A DNA stretch of 64,000 nucleotides from an uncultured Candidatus Saccharibacteria bacterium (GTDB lineage: Bacteria; Patescibacteriota; Minisyncoccia; 2-02-FULL-40-12; GWA2-44-9), in NCBI GenBank assembly GCA_964513645.1, contig CAZENF010000003.1, forward strand, positions 127,914-191,913, read 5' to 3'. The notes under the pieces are model-generated. The model did not search any database and was not told the DNA's origin. It saw nothing but the letters and a program-made list of their open reading frames with translations. Of the stretch, positions 26,927-38,300 are shown in pieces; position 1 is the first letter of the stretch, and each line of letters begins with the position of its first letter. The translations under genes were made by a program, and so were the position numbers.

Positions 26927-27625
26927 ATGAAAAAAATAAAAGTTACAACCAGCTGGGATGACGGCCATATGCTCGACATCCGTATCGCTAAACTCTTGAG
27001 AAAATACAACCTTAAGGGGACGTTTTTTATTTCTCCCAAGGACAGGGAGCTTTCTCCGACCGAACGTTTGACTGGCGGGGAGATAAAAATGCTGTCCAAA
27101 GAATTTGAGATCGGCGCACATACGATGACGCATCCGCTTTTAACCCGCGTTGAGGACCATATCGCCTATAAGGAAATCCTTGATTCCAAGAATTATCTTG
27201 AAAAGATCCTCCACAAACCGGTTAGAAGTTTTTGTTATCCCGGAGGTTTTTATAAAAAGAAACACCAACTTATCCTAAAAAAGCTCGGCTTTAAGTTAAG
27301 CAGGACAGTCAGCAGATTCGAGACTGAAACTGGTTCGAATTTGTTTGCTGTCCCGACAACTGTCCACGCCTACCGTCATTGGTCGGATATCGTTCCGATA
27401 TTTAAAAATGCCGGCTTCAGAAAATTCCTTTCCCGATATCTGAATTGGGATGAACTGGCCATATCCATGTTCGACAAAATAGCCGAGACCGGAGGCGTTT
27501 TTCATCTATGGGGTCATTCCTGGGAAATAGAAAAAAACAATGACTGGGAAAGATTGGAACGAGTTTTTAAACATATTTCAAATCACGCTAACGCCAAATA
27601 TATAACCAATGGAGACGTCGCCTAA
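26927..27625 (+). CDS. Polysaccharide deacetylase (CE4 / NodB homology domain)
   Basis: TTSWDDGHMLDIRIAKLLRKYNLKGTFFI (TFDDG-like motif 1), GAHTMTHP (motif 2 His); starts 2 nt after the upstream gene. Confidence 0.65.
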   Translation: MKKIKVTTSWDDGHMLDIRIAKLLRKYNLKGTFFISPKDRELSPTERLTGGEIKMLSKEFEIGAHTMTHPLLTRVEDHIAYKEILDSKNYLEKILHKPVRSFCYPGGFYKKKHQLILKKLGFKLSRTVSRFETETGSNLFAVPTTVHAYRHWSDIVPIFKNAGFRKFLSRYLNWDELAISMFDKIAETGGVFHLWGHSWEIEKNNDWERLERVFKHISNHANAKYITNGDVA

Positions 27626-30600
27626 AACAATTCTGCTTGTCGCTCCGTATTTTCCTCCTGACGGCGGCGGTTTAGAACGCTATGCCTTCGAGATCGCCAA
27701 GCGTCTCGCTAAAGGCTACAACTGGCGCATCGTCGTGATGGTGTCCGGCAAAAAATATGGTGAGGATACTAAAGAAGAATCAAACGGCCTGACGATATAC
27801 CGATTAGGATATAGTCTCAAAATTTCTAATACTCCATTAGGATTTTTGTGGTTTGGTAAAATTCGCAAAATTTTAAAGACTGAAAAACCAGATATCATAA
27901 ACATCCACACTCCTGTTCCGGGTATCGGAGATATAACTTCTTTTTTAGCGGGCAGCATCCCGACCGTGGTTACATACCATACCGGCAGCATGCTTAAGAG
28001 TAAGATCTTGCCGGATATTGCTGTCCGGTTATATGAGTACGGGCCTATGAGATTACTTCTGAACCAGGCCAAACATATAATTTGTTCGTCTGACTTTGTC
28101 CGTTTTAATTTTCTTGGGCGCTATATTCATAAAAGCACTACTATCACTCCTGCGGTCGATGTAGATATATTTAAGCCAGATGTCTCAAAAAAAGCTAAAG
28201 ACCCGACTGTATTGTTTGTCGCAGGTCTTGGCCATTCAGAACAGTACAAAGGTCTTGCTACTCTTTTGAATGCCATTTCGATGGTCAAAAATGATATTTC
28301 GAATATCCGACTTATTGTGGCCGGAGACGGGGATATGCGCTCAGAATACGAATCCCAAGCGGAAAAATTAGGAATCGGAAGCTCTGTAGATTTCAGAGGT
28401 AAATTAAGCAATGGCAAATTAGTTGCGGCTTATCAGGAAGCTCACATTTTTGTCTTACCGACATCAAATGACAGTTTTCCTTTAACCATCCTCGAAGCTA
28501 TGGCAACAGAATTGCCTGTGGTCTCAACCAGGATCGGTAGCATACCTTCTATAATTGAAAGCGGTCAAGACGGCTTCTTAATTAACGGATTTACTGCAGA
28601 GGCCGTAGCTTCTGATATATCGAAGATAATTAAAGACGAAATCGTTAAATTGAATTTTGGTCTTGCTGGTCGTAAAAAAGTATTAGATAAGTTTAATTGG
28701 AAATTGCGTGCTGATCAATATCAAAACGTTCTGTCATCTATTTCAGAATTTAAATTAAGGACAGTTCGAAAAATAGCTATTGTAACTCCATATTTTTATC
28801 CCAAGATTGGCGGACTTGAAAATTATGCTCTTGAAATGGGCAGAGCTTTAAGGCGCGACGGTAACGATATTTTTGTCATTACCAGTAATCATTTAAACAA
28901 AAAATGGCAATACGAAGAAATAGAAGGTATGAAGATTTATCGCATGCCAAGATTGTTTAAGATATCGAACACGCCGGTAAATCCTTTATGGTATTTATGG
29001 GTCTGGCGTATTTTAAGGCTTGAAAGACCAGATCTTATCAATGCCCATACCCCTGTTCCATTTATTGCCGATGTGACCGAAAGAGTAAGGGGCAATATAC
29101 CCCTTGTTTTAAATTATCACAATGATCTTGTGAAAAGTAATTTGTTTGCAGATCTGCTTTGTCGCATATCCTATATCTTTATGATAAACAAAACACTGCG
29201 TGATGCAGATAAGATAATAGCGACATCTCAATATTACGCTTCGCAATCCAGTTATTTAAGGCCGCTAATCAGTAAAATTGATTTTGTTCCGCCCGGAGTA
29301 GATATTAATAGATATAAACTCAATCTTGATGCACGCTATTTTAAAGAACGTTTTAAAGATTTTCGCACTGTGCTTTTTGTTGGTCAATTGGATAAAACCC
29401 ACAGACACAAAGGTCTGGACGATATAATAAAAGCCGTTGCCGAACTGAGGTCGTCGATAAAAAATATTAAACTTGTTGTTGTGGGTAAGGGTAATAATAT
29501 TGATTCATATAAAAAATATGCTGCTTCTCTTGGTATTGAAAATCAAGTAAGTTTCGAGGGGTTTGTTGAAGATGATGTATTGCCACAATATTATGCGGGA
29601 GCGGACGTTTTGGTCTTGCCGTCCAAAGATAAGTCAGAAGGTTTCGGGATGGTTATAACTGAGGCAGCTGCCTGCGGTACGCCAGCTGTTGCAAGTAGAA
29701 TCGGAGGAATCCCGGCAGCTCTAATAGACGGAGAGACCGGTATCCTGGTTTCACCTAATAATGTTTTACAACTTTCTGCGGCCATGAAAAAAATACTGGA
29801 CAATGGAACTTTTGCCAAAAAGTTAGGTGATAATGCCAGTTTGCGTATTAAAAAAGAGTTTGCATTATCGGTAGTAACAAGCAAATTTGTGGATATAATT
29901 TGTAAGATCGAGAAGAAAATTTCTATACTGCAAGTAGTGCCTTATTATCCACCCCACATAGGAGGAATGGAATTAAGGGTCAGAGATTTATCTACAAACT
30001 TGGTTAAGGAAAAAGTTGATGTTAATGTCATCACTTCTAACATTGGCGCTCAAAGCGGTTATTCTGAACAGAACGGTGTCAAGGTTAACTATCTGCCAGC
30101 ATTCAATTTTGCTAATACTCCATTTACCCCGGGACTTATATGGTACTTGCTTACTGTAAAAAAGCCCGATGTGTTTCACATACACATATCTCAAGCTTTT
30201 TTTCCGGAAATAGCTGCTATTGTTGCGAAAATAAGAGGTATTCCATACATAACCCATATACGTTTACTAGTTGAAGCATCAGGAGTTTTCGGAATTCTTC
30301 TGCCGATATACAGATATTTTGTATTAAAGCCGGTACTTCTTGGCTCAAAATACGTCATAACTTTGACAGAAGACGATAAGGAAATAGTGAATAATAAATT
30401 TAAGGTCCCGTTACCACGGATAAAAGTAATTCCAAACGCTACAGATTTTGGAATCATTGACTCACCAAGAACTATAACCAAACCTCTCAATATCCTTGCT
30501 GTTGGACGTATATCTCTTCAAAAAAATTATTCATTCATGTTGCAGGTTATGAGTGAATTCAAGAAAATATATGGCCCTGATTTTAAGTTAAAAATTGTTG

Positions 30601-31025
30601 GTACTGGTGACGGTTTATATAACCTTAAAAACGAGGCTGAAAAATTAAATCTCAAAAATAATATTCTATTCTTAGACGAAAAAATAGGTTCAGAACTGGA
30701 AGACATATACAGCAAATCTGATATTTTTCTGCATACATCTACTAAAGAAGGTTTTGGTACTGTTTTTATTGAAGCCATGACCAAGGGCTTGCCAGTGGTA
30801 GCTTCAAATATCCCTGGTTCACGTAATGTGATTATGAATGGAAGGAACGGCTTGTTAAGTGATTTTTCCTCTGAGGATATGGCTAAGAAGCTCGAACTTT
30901 TGTGCAGGGATCAATCCTTATACCAAAAAATCAGTGAAAATAATATTTCAGATGTTAAAAAATACAATTGGGACAATGTAGCGACTGATACGATCAACAC
31001 TTACTTACATGCAAGAAATTTTTAA
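27609..31025 (+). CDS. Triple GT4 glycosyltransferase: three complete tandem GT4 modules in one 1138-aa polypeptide
   Basis: Module starts: TILLVAPYFPPDGGGLERYAFEIA; KIAIVTPYFYPKIGGLENYALEMGRAL; ISILQVVPYYPPHIGGMELRVRDLS. Three C-terminal nucleotide-sugar motifs (DSFPLTILEAMATELPVVST; SEGFGMVITEAAACGTPAVAS; KEGFGTVFIEAMTKGLPVVAS). Confidence 0.75.
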   Translation: METSPKTILLVAPYFPPDGGGLERYAFEIAKRLAKGYNWRIVVMVSGKKYGEDTKEESNGLTIYRLGYSLKISNTPLGFLWFGKIRKILKTEKPDIINIHTPVPGIGDITSFLAGSIPTVVTYHTGSMLKSKILPDIAVRLYEYGPMRLLLNQAKHIICSSDFVRFNFLGRYIHKSTTITPAVDVDIFKPDVSKKAKDPTVLFVAGLGHSEQYKGLATLLNAISMVKNDISNIRLIVAGDGDMRSEYESQAEKLGIGSSVDFRGKLSNGKLVAAYQEAHIFVLPTSNDSFPLTILEAMATELPVVSTRIGSIPSIIESGQDGFLINGFTAEAVASDISKIIKDEIVKLNFGLAGRKKVLDKFNWKLRADQYQNVLSSISEFKLRTVRKIAIVTPYFYPKIGGLENYALEMGRALRRDGNDIFVITSNHLNKKWQYEEIEGMKIYRMPRLFKISNTPVNPLWYLWVWRILRLERPDLINAHTPVPFIADVTERVRGNIPLVLNYHNDLVKSNLFADLLCRISYIFMINKTLRDADKIIATSQYYASQSSYLRPLISKIDFVPPGVDINRYKLNLDARYFKERFKDFRTVLFVGQLDKTHRHKGLDDIIKAVAELRSSIKNIKLVVVGKGNNIDSYKKYAASLGIENQVSFEGFVEDDVLPQYYAGADVLVLPSKDKSEGFGMVITEAAACGTPAVASRIGGIPAALIDGETGILVSPNNVLQLSAAMKKILDNGTFAKKLGDNASLRIKKEFALSVVTSKFVDIICKIEKKISILQVVPYYPPHIGGMELRVRDLSTNLVKEKVDVNVITSNIGAQSGYSEQNGVKVNYLPAFNFANTPFTPGLIWYLLTVKKPDVFHIHISQAFFPEIAAIVAKIRGIPYITHIRLLVEASGVFGILLPIYRYFVLKPVLLGSKYVITLTEDDKEIVNNKFKVPLPRIKVIPNATDFGIIDSPRTITKPLNILAVGRISLQKNYSFMLQVMSEFKKIYGPDFKLKIVGTGDGLYNLKNEAEKLNLKNNILFLDEKIGSELEDIYSKSDIFLHTSTKEGFGTVFIEAMTKGLPVVASNIPGSRNVIMNGRNGLLSDFSSEDMAKKLELLCRDQSLYQKISENNISDVKKYNWDNVATDTINTYLHARNF

Positions 31026-32931
31026 TAAAAACACATTAATAGGGCAAATAAGCGCATACTATCCGCCCCACATAGGCGGAATTGAAAATGTGGTTGAGGC
31101 TGTTAGTAGGGAATTATCTGTGATGGGTCGGAATGTACAGGTGATTACAGCATCTAACTCACACTTATCAGAAAAAAACCATCCTCGTATAATCGGGTTG
31201 AAATATTTTGAAATTGCTCATGTACCTTTTACTCCCGGGCTTCTTTGGTATCTTTTGATGTTGCCCAAAAATTCTTTAATGCATCTTCATATTGCTCATG
31301 CATTTTTTCCAGAGCAAGTATTTATTGCTTCAAAAATAAGGAAGATACCATATATAGTTCATTTTCATCTCGACGTAGGACCATCGACTTTTTTAGGACC
31401 CCTATTCTTGTTATATAAAAAGATTGTCTGGGGGCCTGTTTTGCGCAGCGCAAGTAAGGTTATCGTTTTATCAAATGAACAATTAAGTTTGGTTTCCAGC
31501 AAGTATGGGGTTAAGAAAGAAAATATCGTCATTGTTTCTAATGGTGTGGGCCAAGAATTTATTAAGATCGGTAAGGAGCGTAAATCGTTTAGCAAAACTC
31601 TGCGTCTTCTGTCCGTCGGTCGTTTAGCAATACAAAAACGTCCGGAACGGCTATTGTATGCCATGTTGTCGTTGAATGTTCCTGTACATATGACTTTTGT
31701 TGGGGACGGTGAAGATAGAGAAAAACTTGAAACATTGGCCCGTGAATTGAAACTGACCAATGTCACTTTTGTCGGAAAAAAATTCGGAGACGAATTACTT
31801 GAGTATTACCGCAATTCAGATGTCTTTTTAATATCTTCAGATGAAGAGGGGATGCCCTTAGTGGTACTCGAAGCCATGGCTTCCGGTCTGCCTGTTATTG
31901 GTACGGATGTCATCGGTACACGTGAACTTGTAAAAGATACAGGGTTGCTTGTAGCCGAGCCATACCTCCAGAATTTTACATATGCCATAAGTAAACTTCA
32001 TTATAATCCAGAATTAGTAAAAGAATTGTCACAAAAAAGTGTTGAGAAAGCCAGTTCTTATACTTGGGCCAGTGCGGTTGAAAAAATAACTAAAATTTAT
32101 ACCGATATTTTAAAAAATGATGTTGTCTCACAAAATCGTAACCGGGAAATTGAGTTCTGGGACAATGTTAGCAAGAGAGATAAAGAATGGATTGTCAGTA
32201 CACCAAAGGAAGAAATCGAACAATTTATAGTTGATAAAATACGGAGAGGAAATACCAGATGGTGGGAGCCGATGATTGGCAAGTTAGAGGGCAAAAAAAT
32301 ATTAGACATAGGGTGTGGTACAACTTTTTTTGCGACATACTGGTCGTTGACGGGTAATGATTCTTTTGGTTCCGACTATTCACCAGAAACTATCAAAACA
32401 AATAATCTTTTACACGAAAAATTAGGATTGAAAAAGAATTTTTATGTTGCTTCGTCCGAGAAAATAGATGCAGCGGATAACTCTTTGGATGTAGTGCATA
32501 TGCGTTGGGTAATACATCATATACCACCAGAATTACAAAATAGCTCTATGTATGAGATAAAACGAGTTCTTAAACCTGGCGGAAAACTTATCGTATTTGA
32601 AACCAATTATGCCTACCCATTTAGATGGATAGTTCAGACACCGATATTGCGTAGTTTAAATTTTTTAAGACATTACGCTATAAATAAAGGTTGGTTAGAC
32701 CCAGAAGAAAAAGCTCTAACCAACGAAGGATATATAAATCTTATTGAGAATAATGGCTTTAAGATAAATATTGTTGACCACGATTTTACGTTCTTCTACT
32801 ACCCAGTAAGTTTATTGACCCGAAATGAATTCATAAGAAACTTAGTTCGGGAGTTTGATAATACAATCAGATCAATTATATCGGATAGGTTTAGTAAGGA
32901 TATTAAAATAATTGCAGAAAAATATGAATGA
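31009..32931 (+). CDS. GT4 glycosyltransferase fused to a C-terminal class I SAM-dependent methyltransferase
   Basis: N-terminal ISAYYPPHIGGIENVV...EGMPLVVLEAMASGLPVIGT. C-terminal ILDIGCGTTFFATYW (MTase motif I), LDVVHMRWVIHHI, LKPGGKLIVFE (motif post-II/III). Overlaps upstream by 17 nt. Confidence 0.75.
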   Translation: MQEIFNKNTLIGQISAYYPPHIGGIENVVEAVSRELSVMGRNVQVITASNSHLSEKNHPRIIGLKYFEIAHVPFTPGLLWYLLMLPKNSLMHLHIAHAFFPEQVFIASKIRKIPYIVHFHLDVGPSTFLGPLFLLYKKIVWGPVLRSASKVIVLSNEQLSLVSSKYGVKKENIVIVSNGVGQEFIKIGKERKSFSKTLRLLSVGRLAIQKRPERLLYAMLSLNVPVHMTFVGDGEDREKLETLARELKLTNVTFVGKKFGDELLEYYRNSDVFLISSDEEGMPLVVLEAMASGLPVIGTDVIGTRELVKDTGLLVAEPYLQNFTYAISKLHYNPELVKELSQKSVEKASSYTWASAVEKITKIYTDILKNDVVSQNRNREIEFWDNVSKRDKEWIVSTPKEEIEQFIVDKIRRGNTRWWEPMIGKLEGKKILDIGCGTTFFATYWSLTGNDSFGSDYSPETIKTNNLLHEKLGLKKNFYVASSEKIDAADNSLDVVHMRWVIHHIPPELQNSSMYEIKRVLKPGGKLIVFETNYAYPFRWIVQTPILRSLNFLRHYAINKGWLDPEEKALTNEGYINLIENNGFKINIVDHDFTFFYYPVSLLTRNEFIRNLVREFDNTIRSIISDRFSKDIKIIAEKYE

Positions 32932-35303
32932 ATAAAGTGCGTATTAAAATCTCGACAATATTAATTGTATCCATAGTTTGGTGGGCGGTCTTTGTGTGCC
33001 TGTCTTTGCTTCAGTTTAATCCGTTTGAAATTCTGAACATTACGGGTTTTCTTTTTCTAATTATTATTCCAGGCCTCTTAACCGTTTTGACTTTGGGTTT
33101 GGCCAATCTTGAATTCTGGGCAGCATCTGCTTTTGTTGTGGCATTCAGTATTTTTGAACTGATGTTAACCGCTCTTCTTGGCAACACCTTTTTGCCTTAT
33201 ATTGGTTTTCCACATCCGTTCCTGCCGAATATACTTATGACCCAGGTCTCGGTCCTGTTCTGGGTCCTGATTGGCATAAATTTATACGACGGAAATAAAT
33301 TTGAATTTAATATCCCGCGCTATTTTATTTTCAAAGACTTTAAGAATTTCTGCTTTGCCACTCTTTCGGTCTTGTTTGTTGTCTTAAGTATTTTCGGCGC
33401 TATACGGCTGAATAACGGGGCAAGTAATATTCTGACTATGATTATGCTCGGTTCTATGGGTCTTTATTTTGCTGTGATGCTTTTTAATCAGGATAAGTTC
33501 GAGGAGAACACGATACTTACAGGTTTGTATTTTATTGCTTTAGCTCTTCTTTTAATGACGAGTCTGCGTGGTTGGTATATTACCGGGCATGATATTCAGT
33601 CTGAATTCAAGGTTTTTCAGTTGCTTAAGGAAGATGCAGTCTGGAATATTGCGGCCTATCGTGATGCATACAATGCCTGTTTAAGCATTACTATTCTTCC
33701 GTCGATATTTTCATTCTTGCTCCGCATTCCTGACCAATACATATATAAACTTCTTTTCCAGATAATATTTGCCTTTTCTGTACCGGTTATATACATGACT
33801 GGACGCAAATGGGCAGGTCCGAGAATTTCTCTCCTTGGAATTTTATATTTCATCGGATTTCCAACATTTTTCACTGATATGCCGTTTCTTATTCGCCAGG
33901 AGACCGCCTTCCTGTTCTATGGGCTTATGCTCTATTCAATATTTGCAGCTGATCTTGAAATATTTACACGCCGGATGCTTTTTATCCTTATGGGCTTCGG
34001 TGTAATATTTTCCCACTACTCTACTACATATACGGTTTTGATGATATTTGGTTTAGCTGTTTTTTTCCGGCCAATACTTATCAAACTATTTGAAAGATTT
34101 GAAGACTCATATCTTGTCAAAAAATCAGGACTTGCGTCTTTGCTTGCTTATAACAGTCATGAAAAAGGTAAGATTACTATGGGCATGATTTTTCTCTTAC
34201 TTGCGGCGAGCTTTTTCTGGACGTCCAGTATCACTCAGACAGGAGGAGGTTTATCCAAAGTAATAAATGAGACAGTCTCAGCAGTGCAAAACGGTTTTGG
34301 AGAGGGGAACCGCTCGATTGATATAAATACGCTTCTTAGTTTCAGCCATCCTGACCAAAACCAAGAAATGCAGGGGTTTATCAAAAATTCAATAGGTAAG
34401 ATACGTGCCCAAGCAAATCCGGGCATATTTTATCCCGAAAAATCTTATAGCCAATACTCATTCTCCGCCTTACCGCAGGAATTAGTGCCTTTAACAGGCG
34501 GAGCTCAATGGCTGATTAATCACGGTATAAACATCGGAAAAATTATGACACTGTTTGGTTCCATTCTCGGAAAGCTGATAGAGGTTCTGGCTCCTTTGGG
34601 TATGATACATGTTTTGTTCAAAAAGAAGGTAGTTACATACATAGATGATGAGATCTATCTTATATCATTTTTCTCATTTGTGTTTATTCTTATGAACATC
34701 GTTTTGCCGGTGCTCTCGACTGAATACGGAATATTCCGTGCAATGCAGCAAGCAATGTTCATTATTGCCCCTATTATAGTATTGGGCAGTATGTCGTTGG
34801 GGGATATTTTGGCCAAAATTATCAGACATTCTAAAACAGCAATTATTTTTGCCACGCTTATGGCTCTGGTATTTTTCACTTATTCCACCTCTTTTGACCG
34901 CGAACTTATCGGCGGCTATTCAGCGGTTCTCCATTTAAGTAATTACGGTACCTATTATGACAACTATCTTATTCATGATGTTGAGGTTGTTGGTGTAGAA
35001 TGGATAACCAATATAGCTACAGCCAACCCGGAGAACATCAACGGAGTCCGGCTCTCGGTTCAAACCGACAGATATTCACGGGCAAAATTCGCATCATTAA
35101 CTACCTTGTCGACGGACAATGATATTTTTCCTGGGGTAGTTAGGAAATCGGCTTATGTATTCTTAAACCTGGCTAACGTAACCAAACAGCGTGCCGTAGC
35201 GTTCTATAATGGCGACCCTATTGCTTATGCTTATCCTGTAAAATTTTTGGATGAAAATAAAAACCTTATCTATGACAGCAACGGAGCCAGGGTTTATAAA
35301 TAA
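32928..35303 (+). CDS. Large polytopic membrane protein (putative GT-C-type glycosyltransferase, polymerase or YfhO-like)
   Basis: 791 aa. More than 12 predicted TM helices in two blocks separated by a predicted extracytoplasmic region, plus a 150-aa C-terminal soluble domain. No signature motif recognised. Overlaps upstream by 4 nt. Confidence 0.4.
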   Translation: MNKVRIKISTILIVSIVWWAVFVCLSLLQFNPFEILNITGFLFLIIIPGLLTVLTLGLANLEFWAASAFVVAFSIFELMLTALLGNTFLPYIGFPHPFLPNILMTQVSVLFWVLIGINLYDGNKFEFNIPRYFIFKDFKNFCFATLSVLFVVLSIFGAIRLNNGASNILTMIMLGSMGLYFAVMLFNQDKFEENTILTGLYFIALALLLMTSLRGWYITGHDIQSEFKVFQLLKEDAVWNIAAYRDAYNACLSITILPSIFSFLLRIPDQYIYKLLFQIIFAFSVPVIYMTGRKWAGPRISLLGILYFIGFPTFFTDMPFLIRQETAFLFYGLMLYSIFAADLEIFTRRMLFILMGFGVIFSHYSTTYTVLMIFGLAVFFRPILIKLFERFEDSYLVKKSGLASLLAYNSHEKGKITMGMIFLLLAASFFWTSSITQTGGGLSKVINETVSAVQNGFGEGNRSIDINTLLSFSHPDQNQEMQGFIKNSIGKIRAQANPGIFYPEKSYSQYSFSALPQELVPLTGGAQWLINHGINIGKIMTLFGSILGKLIEVLAPLGMIHVLFKKKVVTYIDDEIYLISFFSFVFILMNIVLPVLSTEYGIFRAMQQAMFIIAPIIVLGSMSLGDILAKIIRHSKTAIIFATLMALVFFTYSTSFDRELIGGYSAVLHLSNYGTYYDNYLIHDVEVVGVEWITNIATANPENINGVRLSVQTDRYSRAKFASLTTLSTDNDIFPGVVRKSAYVFLNLANVTKQRAVAFYNGDPIAYAYPVKFLDENKNLIYDSNGARVYK

Positions 35304-35304
35304 T

Positions 35305-38300
35305 ATGAAATTCATAATCGTAAATTCATTTCACAGAGACGACAAAGGTGACGCAGCGCTCACCCATGTTTTGATCGATCAGCTTTTATCCATCGACCCG
35401 AAGGCCGACATTGCTGTTTCGAGCATGGAGGAACCGTCCAACTACCCTTCATTTTATAAGGGACGCAATATCGGTTCTATCGAGCTTTATTCATCCTCAC
35501 AAATTCACCCCGGCTTGAGCCATATATTTTACAAAGTGTACTCGTTCTTAGCATTGTTTTTAACCGCCGAGGCTGGTAAAAAATTCTCATGGGTATTATC
35601 CAAAGACCTCGCTAAGATATACGAAGAATACAGAATAGCTGATATGATAATTTCTGTCGGAGGCGGATACTTTACAACTAAGCCTAACTTTGGCAGCCGT
35701 CTGCATTTGCTGTTTGCTCTTGAAACGTTAATGCTTTGCAAACGCATGGGCCTTAAAGTTGTTACCGCTCCGGTATCGGTCGGGCCGTTTCAGTATTCAT
35801 ACGAAGCCAGATATGCTTCCCGAATACTTAAAAAAATGGACTTGGTGATGTTGCGGGAAGATGTAAGTAAGAAATATTTTGTTGATAAGGAAGACAACCT
35901 GCCGGAAAACATTATTCGTGTACCTGACAGCGCTTTTGCTTTTAATCCGGAAGGGGATTTTGATTTGCGCGGTCTGGTTAAGGTAAAACCTGAACAAAAA
36001 ATTCTTATTTTAAGCGTACGCAACTGGCTCTTGTCGGATAAACAATCAGTTTACGAAAAAGCCCATGCCGATCTAATTGACCACATTGCTCAAAAATATC
36101 CGGATATTTTGCCAGTATTCATAAATCAATGCACCTTTCCTGATGTCAGTGAAGATGACCGTCTTGTTGTCGAAAGGATAATGGCGATGTCCAAGTCGAA
36201 AAAAGCGGCGTTTATTGCCGAAGATCTCGACTATATAAAGGTAAAACTTGCATATAAGCAGGCGGATTTTGTGATAGGTACGAGATTTCATGCCATGGTA
36301 TTCGGTCTGGCTTATCAGGTACCGGGAATTGCAATTGAGTATGAACATAAAACCCGCGGTATTATGCGTGACTTAGGTCTTGAAGAATGGGTAATTTCTA
36401 TTAGCAAAGTAACTTCAGAAAAACTTATTCAGCTATTCGGCGATATAGTAAAATTCCGAGAATTTTATAAAGAGCATTTGAAGAAGATAATGCCAGGGTA
36501 TAGTCACTCCACCGACAACGCCGTGAATATACTTTTAAATGTACTTCGAAAAAGAAACGAAGTTTATGTTCCCGGTAAAATAAGTCAAAAAATTAATAAA
36601 ATAATTTCTAAATTATATAACGACAGCTTATACAGAAATTCTTTTTATCTTATATTGGCCACCGCCGTTTTAGCCGGATTTGGATTTTTCTTCTGGCTCA
36701 TCAGTGCCCATTATATTTCGGCGGAGCAGATAGGAATTGCTACTGCTCTTATCTCGGCAATGAATATTATTGCCATTTTAAGTTTGATAGGTTTTGACAG
36801 CGCTATTGTCAGGTTTTTGTGGCATTCAACTAAGCGGAATGACAAACTCAATACCGCAATTATCTTGGTTGGTTCGGCTGCAACCCTGTTAAGCACAGCT
36901 TTCCTGTTGTTCTTGCCTTATATATCACCTAAGCTCGAATTTATCAGAAATAGTCCGCTAACTCTTTTTGCATTCATAATTTTCTGTGTCATGTCGTCTA
37001 TAAATATCCTTACCGATGCTGTTTTTTTGGCGTATCGAAAAACTGATTTTTCAATGATTATAAATACGATCTTCAGTTTCGTTAAAATGCTGTTGCCTTT
37101 GCTTTTTGTAAGATGGGGTGCATTTGGGATATTTTCAGCCGCTGCCATCGGCCAGTCGGTCGGGTTCATTTTGAGTATTTTTGCGATGATATGGAAATTT
37201 GATTATAAACCTAAATTTGTTGTGAATATGGAAATAGTCCGCGAGGTCTGGGATTATTGCGCCGCTAATTATGTGGCCGGTATTTTTAACCTTATCCCGG
37301 TAATGCTTTTGCCCATAATTATTACTAATCACCTCGGTTCGGCCCAAGCGGCCTATTTCTATATCGTTATGATGATAGCTAACCTCCTTTATGTTATTCC
37401 GCAGGCCGCCAATCGTTCTCTTTTTGCCGAGGGAGCTTTTGATGAAAAATCTTTCCATAAAAACATAGACAAAGCCGTTAAGATGATAGGCATATTACTT
37501 TTGCCGGCAATAATTATCTTTATTCTGGGCGGCAATTTTATACTTTCATTTTTCGGTAAAAATTATTCCGCCGAGGGCATCAATTTCTTTTATCTTGTTA
37601 TTTTTTCAGGTTTATCGGTAAGCATGTATTCTCTCTCAAACTCATTGTACCGGGTCAAGAAACAACTTACCCCGCTTATTATTTCAAACGCTGTCTATGC
37701 CTTCACGATCTTAGCTACCGCTTATCTCTTGCTTGATCACGGTCTGGTCGGCATTGGTCTTGCCTGGTTTGCCGGTAATACTTTGGCCTGTGTCGGATAT
37801 TTATTTTATATGAAAGAAGCTGAATATAAAATGATAGGCCGCGGTTGGCAGTATACGGTCTATGATATGGGAAATAGCAGAGTAGAAAAGAAGTATAATT
37901 CAATTTTTTTGTCCTATTTTATGATGTTTAAGGACGCGTTCAGGTATTTAAGGATGCCGGACCTGGCTTTCAGGAAGTATTATCGGGAAACTCAAAAAAT
38001 AGCCATGAACTCTCTTGAAAAAGTAATGGCTTCTCCTCTTGATAAAAATTTGTTCGGTAATCCGAAAATGATAGGAACTGTTGGATATGAGCAGGACCAC
38101 CTTAAGTCTCTTGGTAAGTATTTTATGGAACATAGCGCGGACGAATCAAAGGATAAGATAGACCGGGTGGTCAAATTTTGTCTGATGCTGTTCGAGCACT
38201 CATTGGCGGAAAAATATTTTAATATAGCAGACAATTTTGGTCTGGATGCTTCAGGTAATATCGTGTTGATAGATCTTGGGGAAATTATTGATTCGCGGGA

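Noticed and set aside
26377-27099. 240-aa minus-strand ORF spanning the GT2-GT4 / CE4 junction
   Set aside because: Antisense to two strongly supported CDS; no domain signal.
35251-35304. Track start of the 1057-aa ORF at 35251 (MKIKTLSMTATEPGFINN...)
   Set aside because: The extension overlaps the last 53 nt of the upstream gene in another frame. ATG at 35305 sits 2 nt after the upstream stop, typical of translational coupling in this cluster.
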